Shown here one piece after another: positions 1 to 9,435 of a stretch of DNA of 64,000 bases. The stretch lies in the NCBI RefSeq assembly GCF_000142905.1, contig NW_013657664.1, positions 186,001 through 250,000 of the forward strand, read 5' to 3'. The notes below the pieces were generated by a model. It ran no database searches and was not told where the DNA came from. It was given only the letters and a program-made list of their open reading frames with translations. Numbering within the stretch: position 1 is the first letter of the stretch; every line of letters begins with the position of its first letter. Source of the stretch: Thecamonas trahens ATCC 50062. Its lineage: Eukaryota; Protista; Apusomonadida. The position numbers were made by a program, and so were the translations under genes.

Positions 1-434
1 CTCAGAACGGCATCCCGGGAGTTCTCTACGGGCGGTACGCTGGTGACACGTATGCAGGTGGCAACCCGTGGATTCTCACCACCGCCGCGCTTGCGCAGCT
101 GCACTATCGGGCTGCAAGCGAGGTGGTCAACGTTGGCAAGCTGCCGCATGACGCGCTCCCGCACTATGCCGAGATGTTCGGCGAGAGCGCAGAGTCGCTG
201 GGTAAGCTCTCCGTCGCCAACTTTGCGCTTCGGCTCGCATCGGCCGGCGACGGCGTTCTCGAGCGCATTCGCTATCATGTTGCTGGCGCTGGCTTCCACC
301 TCTCGGAGCAGCTCGACCGCGACACCGGGTTCGAGATGTCGGCCACCGACCTCACCTGGTCTTACGCCAACGTGCTCAAGGCGGTTGCTGCTCGCGATGC
401 CTTTGTCGTTGCTTACGAGCGCATGATGGCTTGA
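1..434 (+). CDS. Glucoamylase (GH15), 3' part; 5' end outside the window
   Basis: Frame open from position 3: GRYAGDTYAGGNPWILTT...LSEQLDRDTG...DLTWSYA, hallmark GH15 C-terminal motifs including the catalytic-base SEQ. Confidence 0.92.
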   Translation, partial: QNGIPGVLYGRYAGDTYAGGNPWILTTAALAQLHYRAASEVVNVGKLPHDALPHYAEMFGESAESLGKLSVANFALRLASAGDGVLERIRYHVAGAGFHLSEQLDRDTGFEMSATDLTWSYANVLKAVAARDAFVVAYERMMA

Positions 435-451
435 GTCGTAAAACGCAAGAG

Positions 452-1855
452 CTATGTGGATGTTGCGCTCGATGAGGACACGAGCGCGAGATGCCGTGGT
501 GTGGAGCGTGACTTGGAGCGAGACTTGGAGCGAGACTTGGAGCGAGACTTGGAGCGTGAGCAGCTTGACGTGGCCGAGTAGCCACCAGAGAGGCGCCTTG
601 GCTTTGATTTGGACTTGGACTTGGACTTGGACTTGACCTTGCCCTTGTGGCGAGACTTGGCCTTGAACTTGGATTTGGACTTGGACTTGGCCTTCTTGGC
701 CTTCTTGGCCTTCTTGACCTTTTTGGCTTGGTTTTGAGCCATGATTTTGGAGCGAATCTTCTCCAGCATAAGCAGACGCAGTTCTTCTTCACGCTCGGCA
801 TCACCGGCCTCGACAGCAGCGAGGAGGTCCGATGCGCCCGACAAGGACGAATCGTCAATGAGATCGTTAAGACCCGAGAGTGAGGAGGCGTCGCTGGTAT
901 GACTGATGTCAGCAGCAGCCTTGCTGCTCGAGTTTGAGCCCTTAAGGTGTGGCGTAGCCGGAAGAACCGGGCTTGGAAGCGACGGCAGGCTGTCTGGCAG
1001 GCTCTCGGCAGACGGCTGGGGAGCAAGAGCGGTGCCGGGGATGGAGAGCTCGCCTGCGCGGTATGCAGTGATGTAACGGACCAAGTACGGGCGGGTGAGG
1101 ATGTCATGGACCATGGGCCTGTTCTTGGGATCCTTCTGCAGAAGCAGATCGACGAGGTCAAGGAGGTCAGCGGAGTACCACTCGGGCAAAGGGCGATAGG
1201 TACCCTTGCGGATCTTGAGGACAAGTCCCTTGAAGTTTCGGGCCTCGAACGGCATGCGGAGAGTGCAGAGCTCGTACAAGATGCAGCCGAGGGCCCAGAC
1301 ATCCGACTTTGCGTTGTACGGCTGCTCGGCGCAAATTTCGGGCGAGAGGTAGTATGGCGTGCCGATGGCGGTCCGTGCAGACTCGAGCGTGCCCGCCAGC
1401 GGTTTGGCAACACCAAAGTCGCCCAACTTGATCTCTCCGGACAGGGTGATGAAAACATTCTGGGCCTTGAGGTCTCGGTGCAGAATCTTGTGCCCGTGCA
1501 CGTACTCCAGGGCGAGGGCGAGCGGGATAAACACTGCCATGACCTCGTCTTCGGAGAGCAGGATCGTGTTTCGCGACTTGAGCATGAGCGAGACGTCGCC
1601 GCCGCCGGCATGCTCCATCACAATGTTCATCTTGCCCTCGCTCTCGATGGCCTCCACAAACTGGATCACGTTTGGGTGGTCGAGCCTCGCCAGTGTTGCA
1701 GCCTCGGTCCGAGCTGCGGCCACGGCTTTGTCGTCAAAGTCGGCGAGATCGATGAGCTTGTGTACATACTGTGCCCCAGTCTCCACGTCCTCTACAAGGA
1801 ACACACTGCCGGACGAGCCCTTGCCGACCACGCCGAGCCTGTGGTAGCGCTCCAT
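452..1855 (-). CDS. NIMA-related (NEK) Ser/Thr kinase with Lys/Ser/Arg-rich tail
   Basis: MERYHRLGVVGKGSSG, HRDLKAQNVF, DFG, GTPYYLSPEIC, SDVWALGC. ATG at 1855 precedes subdomain I; the longer ORF to 2176 is probably leader. Confidence 0.93.
   Translation of the reverse strand: MERYHRLGVVGKGSSGSVFLVEDVETGAQYVHKLIDLADFDDKAVAAARTEAATLARLDHPNVIQFVEAIESEGKMNIVMEHAGGGDVSLMLKSRNTILLSEDEVMAVFIPLALALEYVHGHKILHRDLKAQNVFITLSGEIKLGDFGVAKPLAGTLESARTAIGTPYYLSPEICAEQPYNAKSDVWALGCILYELCTLRMPFEARNFKGLVLKIRKGTYRPLPEWYSADLLDLVDLLLQKDPKNRPMVHDILTRPYLVRYITAYRAGELSIPGTALAPQPSAESLPDSLPSLPSPVLPATPHLKGSNSSSKAAADISHTSDASSLSGLNDLIDDSSLSGASDLLAAVEAGDAEREEELRLLMLEKIRSKIMAQNQAKKVKKAKKAKKAKSKSKSKFKAKSRHKGKVKSKSKSKSKSKPRRLSGGYSATSSCSRSKSRSKSRSKSRSKSRSTPRHLALVSSSSATST
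506..725 (-). repeat. Coding low-complexity repeats (SRSK x4, (KS)n, (KKA)n) in the NEK tail
   Basis: 12-bp GCGAGACTTGGA, 6-bp TTGGAC and 9-bp CTTCTTGGC tandem units on the + strand. Confidence 0.9.
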
Positions 1856-2219
1856 GGACGTGTGCAAGAGAGCAAAGTGTGCGGGTGAGGGGGCTGTGTC
1901 AGGCCCTCGGCCGGTTGCGGGGTATGAGGACCGTAGGCGAGTGGGGAGATTAGAGAGCGGCGTGCAAGCTTCCTGTGAGGAAGCCTGAAGCAGTGGAGTG
2001 CCATGTGGTGAGGTTGGAAGCGGGTATGCCTTTGGCTGCGGCTGGCTAGGTGAGCCGAAGTAGCGTGGTCGAGTTGCGTTCGACAACCAACCGGCGGGCT
2101 GGCCATGGCCGGGCTGCGGACTGGCCACAGCTTGGCCGGCCTTGGGCTTGCCATGGTGGGGGATTGGGCTTGCCATGGCATGGCGAGGCTTTTTGCGTCA
2201 CATCGCGAACACCCCCCAC

Positions 2220-2275
2220 CGTTGCGCCGGCAAGGTGCTCCTCATCGACGAGGCGTATAACCGAAATGACGCGCT
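2220..2275 (+). pseudogene. Possible isolated AAA+ ATPase (CbbX/SpoVK-like) Walker B fragment
   Basis: Translates CAGKVLLIDEAYNRND; no flanking Walker A or long ORF. Confidence 0.4.
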
Positions 2276-3426
2276 CCCATCATTGCGCGCCGCGTTACGC
2301 GCGCGCGGATCACCGATGCCGACGTGGTGTACGGCGCGCGCGAGTCGAGCCGGTCGCTCGCGGGATTCGTCATCTCACGGCCGAGCGGTGGTGTGATGGG
2401 TGAGATGGGAGGATGGGGCGTGTGGCAGAACAAGAGCCGGCGGAAGGGACGTGGAGGCGGTGGGGTCGCAGCCGAGCCGGGGCCGCGGTGGGAGGGCGGG
2501 CCAAAGTATCGGGCGGAGGGACCGAGGAAGAAGAGGAAGGGGGAGGAGAACAGGGGAAGAAAATGAAGTCAGTTATGTTTGTTTCTTGGTGTAGCGCTTG
2601 GATGCGCGCGTCTCCTTACCGGCCCTGGGTGAGAGAGCCGACGATGAGGGTGCCGTGGCGTGCGCGCCGCACCGAGCTCCTTACCGGCTGCCGTGGAGCG
2701 GGCCGACGCTTGCGTTCAAGCTGGGGCATTCGAGTTCGATGGCGTTGCGGGTAGTGCCGGCCGAGAGTCGTTGTGGGCAAGAGTGCGCAGCCTCCTCGCC
2801 GATCCTTCGTTGAGGACCGACCAACAGAGGTGCCGAGACGTGCGCGCCGCACCGAGGTCCTTGCCGGCCGCCACGGGAGGCAGGCCAACGCTGGTGGCCG
2901 ATGGCAGCCGTTGTCCGGCGGACCCGCACATGCGAGTTGGCCATGGGATCTCGCCGATCGCGGGCAAGCCATCCATTGGCAACACCAACACCGCTACTTC
3001 TTAGATGGTGCTCGTCGCCTTTGGCAGTCTGTGCAATGTACGCAACAAGCTCAAACGTTGACGGCGCAGGGATTCCATCACCTTGTCAGCGACATCTGTG
3101 GCCGTCGTGGCCGGTGCTTAATACCCGCAAGCAGCGGTAGGCGCGCTGGCGTGGACCGCACGACTTCCCGCCTGTCATCGCTGTACAGCCCGCACCTAAG
3201 CCCCTCACGCAGCCAGTCTGATCGTGCCGGTCCCTGCCGCGACCCAGCCAGCGACAGGCCTCAGGTGGGCCACAGCAGTGGTGCGCCTGTACTCACGCGC
3301 TGAGCACGCTCGACGCCCCAAACTGGCAGGGGAGCAAGGGACAGACCCGCCACCCCCTACCGCCGCATATCACGCATATCACAGCTGTGTACGCGTATAT
3401 ATACAGCCATTGTTCTCGCGCCCTCT

Positions 3427-3725
3427 GCGACCGTTCCCAGAACGTTCCCGGCGACCGTTCTGGGAACGTTCCCGTTCGCCGTGGCCAGTGGCGGGCGGCT
3501 CAACACGACGCCCGCGCGGTTTTCGACGCCTGGCATGCGCAATGCGCAGCGCATAGGGTCTACACTTGGCATGTGTGTACCCACGACATTCCTACAACTT
3601 GTACACAAGGGGATTCCGTAAAGACTACGACATGCGGACAGGAGAGGGGAGAAGGGTGCTAAAGGCCTAGTTCGGGACCGTTCTAAGAACGGTCCCAGAA
3701 CGGTCCTGCGACCGTTCCCGGAACG
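3427..3725. repeat. Two clusters of GACCGTTCnnnGAACG palindromes forming a ~40-bp imperfect inverted repeat
   Basis: TTCnnnGAA cores at 3434, 3458, 3681 and 3715; perfect hairpin GGGACCGTTCT-A-AGAACGGTCCC at 3674-3696. Confidence 0.85.
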
Positions 3726-3775
3726 CTATCCCCAAGACGCGATGATGGTACATGCAGGGGGTCTATCGTACTCCA

Positions 3776-3922
3776 CAATATATATATATAAAAAGAACCT
3801 TGTAAAAACATAAAAGTATAAATAATAGACGAAATATCACAACCACAATTACACACACAATACAATATATATAAATATATAATTTTACCACCTTTGGCCT
3901 GAAATTTTAATACGTTTTGATG
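3776..3922. other. AT-rich island
   Basis: About 150 bp of (TA)n and A-rich sequence in an otherwise strongly GC-rich window. Confidence 0.9.
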
Positions 3923-4317
3923 TTCTGGGTCTGGCGCTGGATCGTGGCAGTCTCACTACCGTTCCTCGTTTTGCGCAACGCATTGCAGGCCTCATGCTGG
4001 CGGTAGTACCGCGCCCACCGCGCCCACCACGCCCACCGTTGGCTTGTTGACCCACCCACTGGACGGTCACTGGGCCAGTGCCCGTCCAGCATCGGCCATC
4101 AAGTTTCCGGACAACATGGCACGTCGCCTGACCTGGTGTCGCGCCAAGCCGCAACTGGCCGCCACGTTACGCCACCCTGCTCCCACTCCTGCCACACCCA
4201 CACGGTATTAGCCATACACGTCTCCTTTCCGCAACAAGCGCAAGGACCCTCCTCCCCTCCCTTTCTTCTCCCCCTCCTCCCCGTCCACCTTTGTTTGTCT
4301 GCAAAGTATTGAGTACC

Positions 4318-5622
4318 ATGGCGGCCAGCGGAGCGCTTTCTGCGCTCGACTGTTCGCTGCTCTCGCCCGACGTGCAGGCGCTGCGGTCATTTGTTCTGGG
4401 CTGGATGAACTCGGTGATTCTCGGCCCCGAGGGTGCCGGGGCTAGCGGTGCCGACATGCTGCGCGACCTGGGCGGTCCGCGCAACTGCCTTCGCGACGGT
4501 ATGGTGCTTGCGTCGCTGTGGGCCAAGCTCCATCCCGAGGCACCACCGATTGCGCTCGAGGCGGCTGAGAACGAGATGATGGAGAAGGCCAACCTTTGGG
4601 TTGTGCTTCCGGTCATCGAGGCTGGCGGCGTGGCGCCAGTGGTTCCGAGCCACGCGTGGGACGCATCGTCTATCCACGATGGCGACCAGCTCGCGAACTT
4701 GTACCTGGGTCTTGCGCTGGCGGCGCACGCGGGCGTCGTGCTCCCGCGCGACGTGTACGCGTTCCAGGACAACGAGGCCGGCGCCGAGCCCGAGCCGCTG
4801 GCGCTGACTCCGATGACGGTTACGGAGCCCCGCGGCGTGCCGACGCTCATCGCCAAGGTCCTCGTCGACGGCAAAGACTGTGGCCAGAACGTGATTGTGC
4901 GCGCGAGCCCGGTCCTTGTCGGCCGCTTCGACGACGAGGATCCGGATGACTCGGACGGTGACGTGCTCATCGCTGACGGCTCGGTCTCGTCCGAGCATTG
5001 CACCATCTGGTATGACGGGACCAAGTTCATGGCCAAAGACGAGGGCTCGACGCACGGAACGCTCGTTGCCCAGCCGTGGTCGCGCGCACTTGTCAACCTC
5101 GGCTCGCGCGACGCCGAGACGGGCAAGACCACCGCACTGTGGCGCGGCTCCGAGTTGTACCTCGGCGACTCGCAGCTGGTCGTCATGGCTGTCGAGTCGA
5201 CCCACTACTACTCGGACTATCCGCTGCTCGCCTCGCCGCCCGGTCTCAACCTCGACATTGTCAACGGCGCTACCTTTATGGGGATGACCACCATGGGCGT
5301 TCACTATCCAGGCACCTCGTTTGGCGCATGCCTAGAGGCCGACGTGCCCGAAGACGTCGCAGCCCTCAAGCTGGCGCACGCCACCGTCGACGACCTCGAG
5401 TCGCTCCATGCCACGTTCTACTTCTCGTCACTCCTTGGCCGCTACATCTTCACCAACTATGCCGCGGTCCCGTGTGCCGTGGCACCTCCGTCCGGTAGCC
5501 CAGCGGGCGCGTCCTGGATTCCGGTCCAGCGCGGCTCGTTTGCCTTTGTCGACCACGGCATGCAGGTCAAGCTCGGCGACGTCTTTGTCTTTGCCGTCTC
5601 GGTCATCCCGGCCGACGCTTAG
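4318..5622 (+). CDS. Calponin-homology-like + FHA domain protein (second, degenerate FHA at the C-terminus)
   Basis: CH-like GWMNSV..LRDGMVLASL..; FHA VGR...VSSEHCTI...DEGSTHGT...LYLG. Confidence 0.75.
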   Translation: MAASGALSALDCSLLSPDVQALRSFVLGWMNSVILGPEGAGASGADMLRDLGGPRNCLRDGMVLASLWAKLHPEAPPIALEAAENEMMEKANLWVVLPVIEAGGVAPVVPSHAWDASSIHDGDQLANLYLGLALAAHAGVVLPRDVYAFQDNEAGAEPEPLALTPMTVTEPRGVPTLIAKVLVDGKDCGQNVIVRASPVLVGRFDDEDPDDSDGDVLIADGSVSSEHCTIWYDGTKFMAKDEGSTHGTLVAQPWSRALVNLGSRDAETGKTTALWRGSELYLGDSQLVVMAVESTHYYSDYPLLASPPGLNLDIVNGATFMGMTTMGVHYPGTSFGACLEADVPEDVAALKLAHATVDDLESLHATFYFSSLLGRYIFTNYAAVPCAVAPPSGSPAGASWIPVQRGSFAFVDHGMQVKLGDVFVFAVSVIPADA

Positions 5623-5638
5623 CCGAAACAGCCAGCTT

Positions 5639-6130
5639 CTAACCGTGGTAGTCGTCGGACTCGACAGCCTTGGCATCAAACTCGTTGCGTCCTGCCTCAT
5701 CACCGCTGTCGCCTGTTCCGAACCCGATCGTGTACGAGCCAGCCACCAGCGCGCCGATGGTAGCAAACTGCGCCACGACACGCGCCCGCATCAAATTCTG
5801 CGACAGCTGAGCCCGCCCGGTCTTGAACGACCACATCCCGGCGCCCAGCACAAGTGCCGTCGTGAGCATCACTACATCAATCGGCACATCTTCCTGTGAG
5901 TGGCTCATTTCCTGCGCCCAAAGTTGCCCTCGTTTACGCTGCCGCGTCACCTCAGCCCGCCCCCTCCCTCCCGCACTCTACGTACAACCGGGAACCAGCG
6001 GCTGGCTCATAATGCGGTCCCAGAAGGTCGGTGGCGCCCGCATGGCATCGAGGTCGACATGCGGCTGCAGCGGGGCCTTGCGCTTGTTCTCACGCGGCGT
6101 AAACTTGGAGTACTCCGACTCGCTCGCCAT
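5639..6130 (-). CDS. HIG1-domain mitochondrial protein (Rcf1/HIGD2A-like); exons 6130-5986, 5871-5639
   Basis: Spliced product FWDRIMSQPLVPGLMLTTALVL...SQNLMRARVVAQFAT; GTACGT...TAG intron preserves frame. Confidence 0.88.
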
Positions 6131-6387
6131 GTTCGAACCTGTGGGTGTGTTCGGGACGGGTGTACGTCAGACCGTCCATTTCACGCCGATCCTTTGCTCG
6201 CCACACAGCACGGCTGCAGTCGGCATGTTCAGCGAGTCGGCGCCAAACCACAGACCGGACCACTGATCGGATTGAGGCTACTAGCAGCGGTGCTGTTGCT
6301 GGTCTCCATCGCAACTTGCGAAAAATATCATTTACGGGCCCGAGCCCGGGCGAGGTGCGACGCAGCTGGCCAAACTCTCTGATGAGA

Positions 6388-7366
6388 TCACGCAATGTGG
6401 CGGACGATGCCGCCCTCGGCCTTCTGGGCGGCACCGTTGATGCCAGACGCAGCGTCGGACGAGATAAAGAGAATGACGTTGGCAACTTCCTCAACATCGA
6501 GGAAGCGAGCAATGAGCGAGGTCGGCTCGTTGACAAAGTAGTCCTTGGCGGCCTTTTCGGTGGTGATGGCCTCGACGGCGGCCGGATCAGCATCGGGACC
6601 GAGGTCAGCGCGGAGCTTGTCGCGGATGCCGACAATGAAGTTGGCAACACCTTCAGTCCAGGTAGGCCCGGGCAGGACCGAGTTGACGCGGACAGCGGTG
6701 CCCTGGGTGAGCTCTGCGAGGCTGCGTGCCAGCGCGATCTGCGCTGCCTTGGTCACCGAGTAGTGGGTCATGTGCGGAATGGGCCGCAGGCCGGCCTCGG
6801 AAGAGATAAACACAATGTTGCCCGAGTTGCGCGCCAGCATCTTGGGTAGGTACGCCCGTGCAAGTCGGACGCCTGACATGACGTTGGCGTTCCAGATGTC
6901 GTCCCACGCACCGTCGTCGATGTCGGCAAACTCGACGACGCCGTAGTAGCCAGCGTTGAGCACAAGAACATCGAGCTCGCTGATCGCCTCCAGCTCACTA
7001 ATGGCACGCTTGACCTCGGCGCCATCAGCCAGGTCGCACGGCAGGGCGTGGATGAGCGCAGACTCGGGCACAGCGTCGTCGGCCGTCTCCTTGGTCAACC
7101 GGGCCACAGCCGCGGAAACCGACTCGGTCGACCGCCCGTTGACTACCACCGATGCACCGGCGCGGCGGTAGGCCCGGACGGCGGCAAATCCGATGCCCTT
7201 GGTCGATCCGGTGACGAGGACAAGCTTGCCCTCGACTGCATGGGCGCCGCATGATGAGTTGTTGCGATGGCTGGCTGCGGTGGAGTGGAAGAAAGGCCTT
7301 GCTGTGAGCGGGAAGGAGGAGAGAGGGTAGCGTACAGTTATAAGTGATGGTGGACTTTGCAGACAT
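6388..7366 (-). CDS. Classical short-chain dehydrogenase/reductase; exons 7366-7336, 7235-6388
   Basis: MSAKSTITYNFEGKLVLVTGSTKGIG (TGxxxGIG), LNAG, YSVTK (YxxxK), PGPTWTEG. Confidence 0.93.
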
Positions 7367-7676
7367 GGTGCTGGGGGTAGGGTAGAGTGAAGATGCTGGT
7401 ATTAGCCGTGCTTGTGTGCGTGCGTGCTGTGGTGTTGGGCAGAGGCGCAGGTGCTGGGTCAACGAGTGTTTTTCGCTAATTAAGTGCCTACTAGGTGCAA
7501 ACTGGCTTGTTTTGCGACTGCCACTGCTTTTGACGTAAGCCACACAACTCGGGCGAAAAGCGGCGTTTCACGATGCCGTTGCCGGCTCCGCACGTGCACG
7601 ATCGCCAGATTGTCAAACCATTTGCATGACAGACGAGTCATTGGCTATCGGTCACATTGCACTTGGTTGCGACTGC

Positions 7677-9405
7677 ATGTCGGCCACATCGGCGCAGCAC
7701 TACAGCCAGCGGACGACGCAGCTGCTGAGCCACGCAGCGACGCTTGGCGTGAGCGTACCGCGGACCGAGGGTGCTTTCTCGTCGGTCTTGTCCTCGTGGG
7801 CGGTCGACGCCACCAGCGCCGTGGGTGGGCAGCGGCTGCGGGCGTCGGACCTGCGTACGCTGCCGTCGCCAACCCACTCCCCCGGCTACTCTGTGGCACA
7901 GGCACGGTCGCTGCGGGCGACTCGCGAAGCTAGCCAGCGCGAGCTTGAGCGCGGGGCCACCGTGGCTCTGGCCCGGTCGCGGCTGCTGCGGTCACGGTCG
8001 CGGTCGCCGACCCGAACCACTGTCGGCTACGGCTCGCTCCTATCGCACCAGCGGACGCGGACGCTTTCGCCTGTCCGCGGCGCACATCCAGCCGGATCGG
8101 GGCTGACGGCGCCGCTTCCTGCTGCCGCCTTCCGCTATTCGAGTGCGTCCTCACCGTCGCGGCGCTCGCCGGCTCCCGCCCTGCCGCCGCGACCAAGCTC
8201 GACGCTCCCACCATCGCCAGACCGTGTTGTTGACTCGCTCACCCGCATCATTTCCGAGCAGCGCCACATCATTTCACAGCAAGAACAGGAGCTCGTTGCA
8301 TTGCGGCGGCTTGTTCGTGAGCATGGTATCTCGGTCATCCCGACTGTGATCGCAGGGACTGACCGCCCAGCCAACTCTATTGTTGACTTGCCTGTTGACG
8401 ACCTAGTGGACGAGCTTGCTCCTGTCCCGATCGTTGCCCCTGTTGCCATCAGTGATGACCCGCCTGTCGCGACCACACCCACTTCCTCCTCGACCATCGC
8501 CCCAGCTGACGAGCCGCCCACCGCAACGACTCCCACTCCCAATCCTCCAACCATCGCCCGGCTGAAGACCCACCCACCGCATCGACTCCCACTCCCTCCT
8601 CGACCATCGCCCCAGCTGATGACCCGCCTGTCGCGACCACTCCCACTTCCTCCTCGACCATCGCCCCGGCTGACGAGCCGCCCACCGCAACGACTCCCAC
8701 TCCCTCCTCGACCATCGCCCCAGCTGACGAGCCACCCGCCGCAACGACTCCCACTCCTCCAACCATCGCCCCGGCTGAAGACCCACCCACCGCAACGACT
8801 CCCACTCCCAATCCTCCAACCATCGCCCCGGCTGAAGACCCACCCACCGCAACGACTCCCACTCCCTCCTCGACCATCGCCCCAGCTGACGAGCCGCCCA
8901 CCGCAACGACTCCCACTCCTCCAACCATGCCCCAGCTGACGAGCCGCCCGCTGCGACCACTCCCTCGACCCCTGACGACGAACCTCCCTCCCCTCCAGCC
9001 ATCGGCACAGCCCCCTCAATTGACGCCGCCTTTGCCTCCATTCCAGTCCACGATGACGGCTACATCTCCCCGGCCACTCTTCAAACCGTTCTCGTCAACG
9101 CCCTCGGCTACCGTGCCGGTGACGCCGAGGTCGAAGCCGACGAGCTCACCGCCGACGGCCTAACACGCACTGACCTGCAAGACATGCTCGCTTGCGTCTT
9201 TGAGGACGACTTCGCCAAGCTCACCGCACTCGCCTCCATCGACTGGGCTGCTGCCGCCGCCGACCGCGCCGCTGCCAAGACTGACATCGAGATTCATCTC
9301 GTCACCGCCGACGGCACAGTCCTTGAGGGCGAGTCGGTCATGAACCGCCCGCCGCCGCCGGCTGTTCCGCCGCCGCCGCTCGACGACACTCATCTCCACC
9401 TCTGA
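7677..9405 (+). CDS. Uncharacterised protein with short coiled coil, Pro/Thr/Asp-rich repeats and an EF-hand-like segment; two apparent 1-nt deletions (~8560, ~8929)
   Basis: Restoring a C at each site, as in neighbouring repeat copies (CCATCGCCCC), joins ORF 7626-8939 to the frame ending at 9405. Start uncertain. Confidence 0.6.
8445..8965 (+). repeat. About ten ~48-54-bp coding tandem repeats (TIAPADEPPTATTPTPSS)
   Basis: Recurring CCATCGCCCCAGCTGACGAGCCGCCCACCGCAACGACTCCCACTCC unit. Confidence 0.9.
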
Positions 9406-9435
9406 GCCAGCCGCCTTTCCTCCGCCGCCGCTGCA

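Noticed and set aside
3433-3471. Alphaproteobacterial LexA box (GTTC-N7-GTTC) or heat-shock element
   Set aside because: By-products of the 11-bp periodic motif; spacing breaks the nGAAn array and LexA is implausible in nuclear DNA.
3667-3696. Helitron 3' end (hairpin then CTAG on the - strand)
   Set aside because: Hairpin is only 3 nt from CTAG, the next base is G rather than T, and no Rep/helicase is seen; kept only as a weak alternative.
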